In this document: positions 22,579 to 33,988 of the stretch, one piece after another
Layout: each line of letters starts with the position of its first letter
How positions within the stretch are numbered: the stretch's first letter is position 1
DNA from: Euglena gracilis
Taxonomy: Eukaryota
Assembly (NCBI GenBank): GCA_039621445.1
Contig: CP154954.1
Span: 34,755,737 to 34,809,454, forward strand
Direction: 5' to 3'
DNA: 53,718 nt
The notes under the pieces: generated by a model
The model's input: only the letters and a program-made list of their open reading frames with translations
Told to the model about the DNA's origin: nothing
Databases searched by the model: none
Program-made: the position numbers and the translations under genes

Positions 22579-25198
22579 GCAACGGTGGTGGGGCGAACCG
22601 AATCCACCGACCAGTGGCACAGCCTACTGGATTTGAAGAGTTCAGGGGAGTAAGGCTACCCTCACCCCCCCCCTAATTGCCCCCCCCCCCCTAATTGGCT
22701 AATTGGGGGGTCCTTAAGGGAGGTCCATTAGCCAATTAGGGGGGGGGGTTAGCCCAATTGGCCAATGGACGTTCAAATTGGCCAACTTTGGCCAATTTCG
22801 GCAAGGGCTCAGAAAACCTCCAAAAACGTCCGTTTCGAAAATGTTAAAAATTGTCGGATATGAAAAAGTCATAACCAGTCCAAAAATGCACAAAAAATCG
22901 ACCACTTTTGCACAGGTCAAAAATTATGGGGTCGGGCTCCTCAAGCCCCCCCCTAATTGTCCCCCCCCCCCTAATTGGCTAATTGGGGGTCTGAAGGAGC
23001 CCGGCTATTAGCCAAATAGGGGGGGGGTGAGGGTATGTACAGAGGCAACTGGGAAGGGAGGGAAGAGACTTTGACAGGTTCCGAGGTAAGGTGATGTACA
23101 GATGGGCTGTGCCCATGGTTCAGGGGTAAGGTGGTCAGGTGAACCCGGAATCGGCCATGTAGGGGCCAGGGTCCGAGGGGTGAGGAAGCAGGCGGGGTGG
23201 GGTGGCATTGATGGGGGCAGGCTGTTCCCCGGTGTGCTCAATGGAGGTTTCGGGTTCGACCGTCCTTTCGGCGTTCTCTCAGGTGTGTTTACCATGTTGT
23301 CTCCACGGGACAGAGCCAATAATACCGGCCCTTGGTGGCCGGTGTATGCTGCCTTGGCTTGGCATCAGCGGCCACAGGTGTTTATATGGTGTTCACCCTG
23401 ACCCCCTTTTTTACTCCGTGGCATATGGGGTGTGGGTAGTGAGATCCACGTCGCCTGATGGCTCCGCCACTGCCCCCCAAGCCAGCTGGCGAGCGAATTC
23501 TCTAGCCAACGTTAGACTCAGCGCTTGCCATACCGTGGCCTCTGACGATCGTCGTTGAGGAACATCGGTCTGCGCCAACACAGTGCAGAGGCACTTGGAT
23601 ATGAATCCTGCCGCTCGCTCCCCCATCCCTCCGAAGCAATCAACCACAAACGGGATGAACGTCCATCCCAACCGTTCGCAGGTGGCTGCATACTTGCGTT
23701 CTTTGTCTCCTTCTTGTAATTCGTGCCACCGTGCTAAGGCGTCCTTTGAGGAGACCGGGTTTGCTGGTTGCAACGGGTGGCGGACCGTGACATCCACTGC
23801 AGCAGGTCCGTCCGCGTCGAATCTCGTGATAAAGACATCTCCTGGTCTTGTCCGGTTGTCTGCCACCTCTTCTCGTCGAGCCATGAAACCGGCCCTTCTC
23901 GCCAGGTCCAAAACGAACGTCTGGAGGGCACCATGTCGCCGCAAAGTGTTGTTTTTGGGGCAGCAGACAAGGTGGTTTCCTCCAACATCCATTTGTTGGT
24001 GGCAGCGGGGGCACTCCGGCAAGGAGCCATCTGTCGTTGTGGGGCAAACTTGGCACCCCAAGGACCACTGAGTCAGGGCTCTGAATTCTGCCGGTGGGAT
24101 GAGGGTTTTCAGGGGGGCAGAGGGGTTGACCGCTGCCCACGCCATGGCGTGCGGCCTCCGCTGGCATGCGAAGCGGACCGCGTCATTTCCAACAAGGCCC
24201 AAAAGCAGGTCCGCCCGGACCTTGACGACCTCATCTGTCCACCACTTTTGTTTCACCATTGTGGGAGACAAGGAACTCACTTTGCTTGGGTCCGTTAGGA
24301 GGTCACCCACAGGCGCCACCCCTTTGGTAAGGCCCGAGATCACCAAGCCCGTCTCCCCGTAATCCCGTGGGAGCTGGGGGCAACCCTCGGGTAGGCACAG
24401 AGTGCTATCCGCTCGTGAGAGGAAGTCAAGGATGGCCGCCCACCTTGCCGGTGCTCTGGATACCTCTGGGTCTCGGATCCCGAGCCCCCCCAGGCGGACT
24501 GGCAGGGAGGCTTGGGCCCACTGTTTATCATCCAGCGGGCGAGCGGTGATGACGGACATTGTGTCCCGAAGGGGAGTGGCAAGGAATGACATGGCGCCTT
24601 GGCTCCCGAGAGGTGTGTGGTTCGAAGCAGGTCGTTTACTTTACATGCATCAAGACATTGCCTGAGCACCGTGAACTGTAGGTGCGGCGACGGCAGCAAT
24701 TGCAGCAGGTCGCACGCTTTCCGGACTCCCGAGAGGCAAAGTCCAGGTGCCCTGCCGGGTGGCAGACGGGCACTCCTAGCACACGGATGCCAGAGCCGGG
24801 TGTGAAAGGTTCCACTGGGATTCCCTGAAGCAGACCTTCTCCACGCGCAACAAATGCGGGACCCCAGAGTTTGCACTTTGTCAGGTTGAGTCCCACACCA
24901 ATCTGTGGTCCGTCGTTCAGGATCAACCGTACTGCCCTGCGTGCCCATGATGTGGGCATCATCGAGGTACCAGGCTTGCCAGCCCACCATTCCTTGCAGC
25001 TTGTCCAAGAGGGACTGTATCCCGAGGGCAAAGGCAGCCGGCCCACACGGGTCCCCTTGCTGCACACCGGACTTGCTTCGGAGTGACGTTTTTCCGAGAT
25101 ACAAATGAGAATGGCGGGCGTAGCAACTCTCCAACCAAGGAAGCAGCGAGGGGCATCGCTCAGCGACTTCTGCCAGCAAATTGTCTCGAGAGATGCAA
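22579..25198 (-). mobile_element. 5'-truncated CRE element (family B): RT, REL and 3' UTR
   Basis: GVQQGDP, WYLDDAH, LPVRLGGLG, CPRC..H..CC..RRH, RPGDV..AVDVTV; ends in the 52-nt terminal motif. Confidence 0.9.
22659..23033. mobile_element. TA-TSD MITE, CTAATTG family
   Basis: TA|CCCTCACCCC...GGGGTGAGGG|TA; removal restores GGCTATGTACAGA as seen at 26488. Confidence 0.85.
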
Positions 25199-25209
25199 AT
25201 GATGAGGCC

Positions 25210-25882
25210 TTTTTTTTATATGTGACAGACTTTACACGGCGGGTAGCACTGCTTCACCCAGACTGTGCCCCGGGCCCAGGGAGACGTCTCTTTTGGCCCT
25301 TGCCACAAGGAGAAACTCCTCATGACTCCCTGTGCGGCCACAGGTCGCCGGTAGATACTATGGGTGTAAAGTACAAAGGTTGTATGGAGTGCCGTGCACG
25401 TCCGCGGTCAGTGGTTAGAGGAAAATGGGAAAGTCCCATCTTCTATATATACGGCGGGGAGAGAGGGGGGTGTGTGTGCTTTTGCTTGCCACTTTTGGCG
25501 TGTTTGTGTCATTGGCTGATTTTTCTTGGTGTTTTTGGTTTCAGAGCCGTCCGAGTGTGGCAAGTAAGAAAGATGGCCCCATGGCCATTGTTTTGTATGG
25601 GCCACCGAAGGTGGTAGAGGTGATAGAGGTGGCAGGATGCACTGGATGAAGTCCCACTCAGAAATACGGGGAATGCGTACCAGCGCTACTGCAATCAAGC
25701 AGTTGCTCGGGACACTGTCCCCATGCCAGTTGTCGTGCGAGCTCGCGCATCAAAGCCATTCCAAGCCCCTGCCATGCACTGGCCTCCACACCCCGCCTCT
25801 CCCAGCCGTTATGTTGGCTTGTTTGGAGGCGGATGCATGTGGAGACGAATCCTTGGCCTGCTTCACTCATGCCACTCATGCC
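25210..25882 (-). mobile_element. Short 5'-truncated CRE copy (family A-type 3' UTR) with poly(A)
   Basis: ORF tail WQGLGMALMRELARQLAWG..HSPYF*, TATA box, terminal motif and A8; flanked by ATGATGAGGCC at 25199 and 25883. Confidence 0.85.
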
Positions 25883-25974
25883 ATGATGAGGCCCTTTCCT
25901 GACACCAGAGATACGGTGGTGGGGCGAACCGAGTCCACCGACCAGTGGCACAGCCTACTGGGTTTGCCAGAGTT

Positions 25975-26467
25975 GCCAGAGCCTTACCCCCTGAACACGT
26001 CAAATCCAGTAGGCAGTGCCACTGGTCGGTGGACTTGGTTCGCCCCACCACCGTAGTAACGCTGTGCGAGGAAGCCTCACCACCCGACATCCCCCTCCAC
26101 CCCCGCGCGCCGCATACACAGCACGTGGCGACACACCACAAACCATGTCCCTCATCCCGACGGACCCCTCCACCCTTCCCCCACCCCGCGCAGCCGCACA
26201 TTCCGAACCCTTGTGCATATTGCCCCTCACCGCGGAACAAGAAATCCAGTAGGCTGCGCCACTGGTCAGTGGATTCGGTTCGCCTCACCACCGTTTAATG
26301 TTTAAAACTATCGTGTTTAAAAAAAAAATTGAGAAAGCCACGGTGACCACCCGAGAAGGTGGGCTTTGCTCATTTTCAATCTCGCGAAGCCACATGAGTT
26401 GTAAATAATTCTCACCACCTCCCTTAACACCGTACGGCGCTTTGTAAACGTTGTACATAAAAAAAAA
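25975..26467 (+). mobile_element. Non-coding retroposed insertion (SINE-like or 3' transduction), antisense in the element's 3' UTR
   Basis: 9-bp TSD GCCAGAGTT (25966-25974 and 26468-26476), A9 tail, two copies of the 52-nt CRE 3' motif. Confidence 0.75.
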
Positions 26468-26876
26468 GCCAGAGTTCGAGGGAGGGGGGCTATGTACAGA
26501 TGGGCGCAGCCCATGGGCAGTGTGGATGCGTGCGGCGGTAAGGTAGGGGGTAGGGGGATGCGTGCGAAGGGGGGATATGTACACATGGGGCGAACCCTTG
26601 GGCAGTAAGCGGAAGTTAAGCAGAAGTAGCGGCTTTGGTAGCCGGCATATGAGGGCGATGGGGGTGAGAGCGCTTAGAGTATCAGCGAGGTGGAGTCCGC
26701 GTTGTGTTGTCGTCGGTGATGGTTTTTCCCCTTGGGCCTTCTCCGTCGGCCGTCCTGCCGTGGGGTGCCGCCGTCGGCCGCCCACATGTGCTTTGGGACG
26801 TGCAGGGGCTGATTTTGGAGGGGTGGTGGCCGTAGGTGGGGTGTGCCATCCTGGAGTTTGATATTGCCTGTGGTGT

Positions 26877-29577
26877 TTATCGAAGGAAGTGCTTGGGGCG
26901 TAGCATCTGTACCACTTGGCGGAAGAGAGCTAGTGCCAGCAGCTGATAGCTCTCGGCTTGTCGTGTAGAGCGTACGTCGCCTTGGTCCCATGTGGTGGTC
27001 CGTTTGATCATCCTGGAGAGCAGCTTGGCGCTTTCGGGTCCCAGTCCTCCCCAGGTGCCCATCGCCAGTGTGGTGAACGACCAGCCACCATTGCGGCAGG
27101 GGACGTCGTACTTGGCATGTTTGGCCTGTTCTCGCCGTTTGAGAAAGGTCCGCTAGCGTTCCCTACCGCTGCTTCTTTCGGCCGCTTGCCACCCGTGTGC
27201 GATGGTGATGTCAACAGCTGTTGGCTTGCCATCTTGCCATGTGGCGAGCAACAGGTCGGCTGGCCGTAGGGAGGTGTCTGGCTGGTTGGGAACCGGTACC
27301 TCGCGTTGGACACTTTGGCCGTTTGTGGACAAAAGGTTGAACAGTGCGTCCTGGACGGCATTGTGTCTGTTGGCGAAATTGTTCCGAATGCAGCACATCT
27401 CGTGATCGCCGTGGGTGTCTGTGGCATTCTGGCAGCCAGCGCAGGTGCCGGTGGTGTCCGCGAGGGGTAGTCCAAGCCACCACTTTAGCCCAAGGCGGTA
27501 GTCAGCCGCCTCCACTCTGGTATGGAGGGCATCATGGGGTGCTGCGGCCATCCAGCCGTGACCGATGCCGTGTGCCTGCTCCATCAGGCGAGCTTGATCT
27601 CTCGGTGGGATTCGGGCGAGGAGGCTGTCGATCGTGGTGCGGGACAGTTGCGATTGCCACCATCGCTGTGACGTGTCGTTGCCGGAGGCGGATGCGAAGG
27701 ATGCTGCGACAAGCAGTCGTTGGCTCTCAGGGTGCTGGGGGCCAAGGGTCGAGGAGAGGTCGAGGAGAGGCTTGCTGACAGACCCGGTCATTCGGGGCCG
27801 CGGCATACGCGGGGCAGGCGACCTTTTTGTGTCCATGGGTATAGTACTGGCAGAGGGCCGCGGTACGGGCGGCTCCTTGGCAGGCTGCCGGGATGCGCAG
27901 CCCGCATCCCCCGTTGGAGAGTGGGAGCGCTGCTTGCTGCCGTTGCTCCGTGCTGAGTGCTTGACCGAGGAGGTCCTCGAAGGCGCCGAAGATGGTCTCA
28001 CCGCAGCGGGTGACTTCTTCCTGGGCGTCGTAGGAGTCAGATGCCCGCAGGAGGTGGTTGACCTTACAGCCGTCCAGGCACGACCGAAGGAGGTGGTGGG
28101 CGAGCTGGGGGTCTGTTACCGACGTTACCAGATCAGTGGCTTTCTCGATTCTTGCAGTGGCCTCTGCCCAGGCAGCAACCGTGTGACCGGTAGAGGTGGG
28201 GAAGTCCACGGGGCAGCCGAGTACAGTGATTCCGGAGTCTTCAACCCAGGGCACACGCTGGAGGCGCTCTCGGTCCGGGATGGCATCGGCGGCTGGTCCC
28301 CAGGCCACGCACTTGGCAAGGTTCAGTTGGACCCTGGTGCGTTCACTCTCGACTCGCAAGAAGTATAGGCATTTCTGCAGTGCCCTGGGCTCGCCAATCA
28401 GGATCCCGTCGTCGAGGTACCAGGAGGACCACAGCAGCTCAGCCTGTTGTGCAATTGTGTCGGCTATGGTGTGTAGTCCCACGGCGAAGCCAATGGGCCC
28501 AAGAGGGCAGCCCTGGTGTGTGCCCCTTGTGGAGGACAGCATGCGTCCCTCGCTGAACAGGTGTGCCGGTTGGCCATACGCGAAGCGCAAGTAGTTGAAA
28601 AGCGCGGGCGTGCGCGTCTGCGCCTCGTGGAGCATGACGGTGCGGTCAAGGGTGTTGAAGGCATTCTTCAGATCGACCTGAAGAACCGCCCAGTTACCCC
28701 GTGGGTCCAGCTTCCGAACCAGGTTTTGCATTGTAATCGCCGTGGATTCGGCGGCGTTGGACAGTCCAACCCCGGTTTGGAGGGGGCTCAGTCGAGCAAC
28801 TTGTTCTTTTGCGGCTCCCGTGTGAAGGAGTGCTTTCCCTACCAGTCGCCGGAGGGTTTCGCCAACTGCGATGGGCCGGACGCCGTCATCTTTTTTCCGC
28901 AAGGGGGTTAGGTTTGCGGAGCACCAGCTTGGCGCGTGGTCTGGGGGCAAGTCGCCCTCTGCCCAAGCGGAGGCCAGCCGTCCCAAAGCCGTGAGGAGGC
29001 GGGCGCCGTGGCCGGGGCGGCGGACGGCATCTTGCAGGTGGCAGGGGCGTAGTCCAGAGGGGCCCGGGGACGATGTGCGCGGGAAGCGGAGGATGGCTTC
29101 GCGGAGGAGTTCCTCCCACCGCACGCGTTGACCGTCTGGGAAAGGCGGCAGCTTTGCAGGGAAGTTGTTGGTGTTGACCGGCCGGCCCAGTGGGTGAAGG
29201 TCCTGTAGCCTGGCCCATACCGCCGGGTCGCTGGAGCGATGTGTCCCCTCCGACAGAAGGACCTGTAGGGCCTTGGCTGGGGCTCCTTCCCCGACTAGAG
29301 TGCGTGCCCGTCGAAGCACCGCCTCCGGAACGGCCGAGGGCTCGGTGCGCGCTTTCTTGGCAGTGCGTGTCTCGACGGAAGAGGCGGGCAGTTTCGTAGC
29401 TGCGTGAAGCTCGGACACCAGTGTGGCGTATTGCCCCTGTCTGAAGAGCTGCAAGCGTCTGCCGATGGCGGTGGAAGTATCCTCTGCGGCTTCCCGGCCG
29501 CTGCTTGGGACAGTGCGCAGTACCAACTTCGGGAAAGCTAAGACAGCGAATAGGTGGTCGTTGTCCGGTTTGGCCAC
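26877..29577 (-). pseudogene. RT and restriction-like endonuclease portion of the polyprotein (frameshifted)
   Basis: SPGPSGLRP, VRPIAVGETLRRLVGK, VDLKNAFN, GTHQGCPLGP, WYLDDG, CAGC..H..CC..RHN, RPADLL, AVDITI. Confidence 0.92.
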
Positions 29578-30002
29578 GGAGGCTAGGCGCGCCGCTCGGG
29601 GGGGGTCCGGGCCCCCCCCCCTCCCCCCCCCTGCGCGGCCCCTGCGCGGCCGCCCGCGCGGCCGCTCGCCCCCCCCTGGACCCCCCCCCTCCCCCCACTG
29701 TGCCTAGCATAGCCAAGAAAAAAATTTTTGGTGAAAAAATCGCGATTTTTTGAGGCCCAAAAATGACCAAAAATGACCATTTTCGGACACAAAATGGCAA
29801 ATTTGGGGGCCGCGCGCTCTGCGCGCGGCCAAAAAAGCACTTTTTTGGTCAAAAATGGCCCAAAAATGGCAAAAAATGACCACTTTTTGGACCCGAAAAT
29901 CACCGATTTTAGGATGCGTTCCGCCCGCGCGGCCGCCCTCACCCCCCTCCCCCCCCCTGGCGGGCCAGGTCCGCTCGACTCCCCCCACTGTGCCTAGCCT
30001 CC
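29578..30002. mobile_element. GGAGGCTAGGC-TIR MITE disrupting the polyprotein ORF
   Basis: CAC(G) duplicated; excision rejoins ...TIAEYV to AKPDND... in frame. Confidence 0.9.
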
Positions 30003-31940
30003 CACGTACTCAGCGATGGTGTCGGCCATGGTCTCTGTTACGTCGCGCTGGTTGGAGGCTGGCACGTGGACAATAGTGTTGGCCCGGCAGAGCAAAATGT
30101 CTTGCAGATTCGCTGGTGGCGGTGGAATGATGAGGCGAGGGGCCTGAGCTTGACGGAGGTCCGACCCGTTGCCATTGGGATCGATTATCATAGTCGCTGG
30201 CACGTCATCACCTGGGTGGGCCAGGTCCGGAGTAGACTCCGGTGGTGACACGGTAGCAGGACTGGGGGTTGCTGCGGAGCGTTTCCTGCTCACAGGCGAT
30301 GCCTGGCGATTCGCTGGGGGTCCAGGGTTGCTCTCAATGTCGCCGCATGACAGTAAGCTTCCACGGCCCGTTCGGGGGAGATTCTCCCTGGTTCTGGTTG
30401 TGCAGGCGAATGGGGGTCCAGGGTGCAGGTGTACGTCACCGCATGTCATCAGGCACCCCCGTCCCGCAAAGGAGGTGCAAATGGTGCAGCGACGGGACGG
30501 CAGGAGGGAGTTGCGGCAGCCCTTTGCCGTGCCGATGACGCGAATTGTGGGCTGAGGGCTGGCCAGCTCAGTGTTGCTGGCGGGCGGCAGGAGGCAGCAG
30601 CGTTCCCAGGGCCAGTGGTATCCCTTGCAGGAAGCGCATGGGTCTTCCGGCAGGAAGCGGGGGTCCCAGAGGCCATCGCCCCATAGGAAGAATCTCCGCC
30701 CCCCCAGGAGAAGTTCGTACGGCCGCCAGGGGGTTGATTCGTCCACGAGCCATTCGTTCAGCGGGGGCAGGTCGCGGGAAGACAGGTACGGGGCGACACG
30801 GTGATAGCGGGTTGGTTGGTGGGAAGGGGGGGCGGGCTTTTCGTCGTCTTTGGTCGGGGATTGTGGGGCGAGGTGGAGGTAGAGGCACCAGGTTCGCCAA
30901 CGGGGGTGAGGAAGGAGGACGGTGCCGCGTACGCGGTAGAGGGGCGCTTGCGGTAGTAATGTGGAGCACAGGGCTGCCGCCTGCAGTCCGGGCAGCGCGG
31001 GGGACCAGTCCGGGGCGACAATTACAGCGTGGATGCCGAGCCGGAGGCCTTGGCGGAGGAGAAGTGGCAGCACCCGAAACGGAGGGTTCATCCACAGAGC
31101 CTCCGGACGGTTCCAGGACTGACTGAAAGCGTCTATGCCGTCGTCCCAAAAGGTGGCGAACTGGCTGTTGTGCCTGTCCGCGAAGGCGTCCAGCACTGGC
31201 CATTTGGCGGGGGGGACCTTTAGTTCGCGAAGGGACCATGTTACCCAGCTGGGGTCGAGCATGTAGTCCGAGAGGGGGGAGGAGGGCCCTGGCAGTGGGT
31301 TGATATCGCCATCTGTAAGGATGGCCTCCCCTCGGCCGGTAGGGGGGTGCGGGCCTCCAGGGTCCGCCGGGACCGGATCTGCGTCGAGGAGGACAGGACA
31401 GACGGCCTCGTGTTGTAAGCACCAGCCGGCGCAGTGGGTTGTCGTCTGTGAATTGCAGAGTGTGCAGCGTACGTGGTACCACCGGACGGTCAGTAGGCGG
31501 CCGGGGCCACCCGACGGCCCGGGTGCCGGGGCGGCGGCTTCCCGCACAAGGAAGAGGTCCTCCAGCCGCTGGCGTCGCAGGACGTCCCAGAGGTCGCCTT
31601 GGTCGGGCCCCGGGAGGCATCGGGGGCCTGGTACGGGACCAGGGTTTGGTTCGATGTCACCACATGACAACAGTTGTAGGCCTCTTCCAGTCTTGGCCCC
31701 CCTGACCATCGGAGGGGTGTTTTCGGCCCGCCATAGGCGGCGCTCGTGGGGTGGGGGTGGCACGGCAGAAAGGGAATATTCGAGTCGCGTGGTTTCGGCC
31801 TGCGGCCGTGAAGGGTTCTGGCGATTCTGGCGATTGTACAGGACCTCTACGTCTCTCCACAGGCAGCAGAGACGACAGACCTTGTGTAGCCACCGTGGTG
31901 GGAGGTCTGCCTCCGGCGCCCATGCCTTGGCACACACCAC
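30003..31940 (-). CDS. Polyprotein N-terminal part: four 2A-like motifs, Cys/His clusters and a Dam-type N6-adenine methyltransferase domain
   Basis: GDIEPNPGP, GDINPLPGP, GDVHLHPGP and GDIESNPGP; LDAFAD..DAFSQSW..WMNPPF..VAPDW. Confidence 0.85.
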
Positions 31941-32597
31941 GGGTGCGTGTGGCGTGATGCGGATCTTTGGGCCGATCCGCGGCCGCGGCGGGGAGATGTG
32001 GCGCGGTCCTCGGTGAATGGGTGGCGACCACTGCAGGCCTTCCTCCCGCAGGTGCCACGGGCGCTGCCCATGAAGGGCTTGAGCGAGACGGATGATCTCC
32101 CTCTTTGTCGGGGGTTTCGGGGGCGGCGGTGCTTCTGTCTGCTTTGGGAGGGTCGTTGGGGCCCGCAGGCCTGCGCCGCGCTGCAGGTCCAGGCCGCGCC
32201 CCCTGCTCTCCCACCCGGCCAGGACCTCCCGTAGGCGGCGGGCCAGGATTTCGGGGAAAGTTTCCCCCCCCAGCTACGGTGCGGGCCCGTCGCTTCGCCA
32301 GGAATTCAGCCCGCGGTGAGTGCCATCTGGGGGCAACTTGGCCGGTCGAACCCTCCACGGGCGTGGGGGGAGGGTGTGGTACTACGCCCAGCCAGGCATC
32401 GGCGGCTTCCAGCACCCACCCCCCTTCCATAGCCCCGGCCATGCTCCATTGGGAGCCGTCCCAGCAATGGGGCGGCCCCCGAGGGGGATCCCGAAAGATG
32501 CGGTAGGGCGGGGCGAAATTCCACCCTTCCGTTACCGGCCCCCCCTCTGCCTGAGGTGTGCTGTCGTGCTCTGGGCTGCAGCGTCCAGCTGGCAAGC

Positions 32598-33947
32598 TCA
32601 ACTGTACTCGGTCTGTGGGCGTCGGCTTTTCCTCCAGGGGACCAAGCAACCGGGGGGGGGGGGGCAGCGGCCTTCGGGCAGGCGAGTGGAGGGCAGTGAG
32701 ACTCCAACTGTGCTGGAGAAAGCTTCTTGTGGGCACTCGGGGTGGGTGTAGTCGTAAGGTGGGGGTGGGTCCTCAGCCGCCCCGGGCAGGGATCGGAGGT
32801 CAGTGTGGTTCTGAGGAGGGGGGGGTTCCTCACCCACCGATTCGGGCAAATTGGCAGATGATGGGGGGGCGTCCCCCATTTCAATGTAATCATAGGGTGG
32901 GGGGGAGTCCTCAGCAACTGAAGGGGGCAGGCTGGAAGATGGTGGCGGGGGGGGGCCCGCATCCAAGGCATGCACTGAATGCAAAAACCCAGCCGATCGT
33001 AGGTGTTCCCGCAGGCTTAGCAGCCGTTGCAGCTCCTGAATGCTGGGCAGCTCAGGGATGAAGGGGGGAGCTGCAGGGATGGGCTGCAATGTTGGGGGCT
33101 GTGCTGGCCAAACATGGTGTTGGCCCTGTGGCCAATTGGAATCTTGTGGAAGCAGGCGATTGGCCGGCCAATGGCTGTGCTGTGGGGTCTGGACCTGCTG
33201 CAAAGATAGCGGGTGCAGCAGATGTGTCTGCAAAGGTTGCGGGTGCGGCTGATGTGCCTGCAATGGCGGTGGATGTCGATGATGTTTGTGCAGTCTTGAA
33301 GGCTGGTAGGGAGGTGGTGGGTCTGACGATGATGATGATGAGGTTCTTGAGGGGCTTGAGCTGTACCCTGAAGAGGTTGTGGATGTACTGGGAGATCTTC
33401 TCCGTTTCTTGACTGCAAGTGATGATGACGATGCTGCAGCTCTGGGATGCTTGTGGGGCCGGGAATCCCGACGCCTAGGGCTGCGGGGCTGCCTCTCCCG
33501 CTGCCTGGGCTCTGCTGCATAGGCCCTTCTGCTGCTGTGGGGTTGTCTCTCCCTGCAGCTGCTGTGGGGCTGTCTCTCCCTGGGGCTGCAGGGCTGATCT
33601 TCCTGCTGCTTGGGTTCTTCGTATCTGGAGCTGCAGCGGGGCTGAAACTCCCGTCTGCTGCCACTGCTGCGGGGCTGATACTCCCGCTGCTCTGCATGAT
33701 CGTGTTGGCGTTGCTCGATGTCCATCCTCCTTCTCTTTTTGGCTTGCTGCCTCATGGCCTGTCTCTGGGCCTTGTCCTTGTAGCGGTCGCCGTAGCGTTG
33801 TCGTAGGGCAGCCTCCAAGGCTTCATCTTCGTTCTTGGACCGCCTCTTGACGTCGTGGTACTTTTTCCCCTCGTCCATCGTCAAATTCTCGGAGTGTAAC
33901 ACCTTGATGTATTCAGCTTGGGACCCCACTCGGGGCTTTCAGGCCAT
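32598..33947 (-). pseudogene. 5' low-complexity (R/S/P/Q-rich) ORF of the element
   Basis: ATG 15 nt after the SL is in frame with the 443-aa ORF but followed by TGA at codon 3. Confidence 0.55.
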
Positions 33948-33962
33948 GAGCACGTGTGGAGA

Positions 33963-33988
33963 CGAAAAAAAATAGACACTCAGAAAGT
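33963..33988 (-). other. Euglenid spliced-leader exon sequence (retroposed, not an SL RNA gene)
   Basis: ACTTTCTGAGTGTCTATTTTTTTTCG, matching the 26-nt Euglena SL as I recall it; no GT donor follows. Confidence 0.92.

Noticed and set aside
26002-26053. tRNA-like sequence (GGTTCG...CCACCA)
   Set aside because: No cloverleaf, A box or proper T-loop can be drawn.
33963-33988. SL RNA gene
   Set aside because: No GT donor or SL intron follows, and it lies inside a retroelement TSD.
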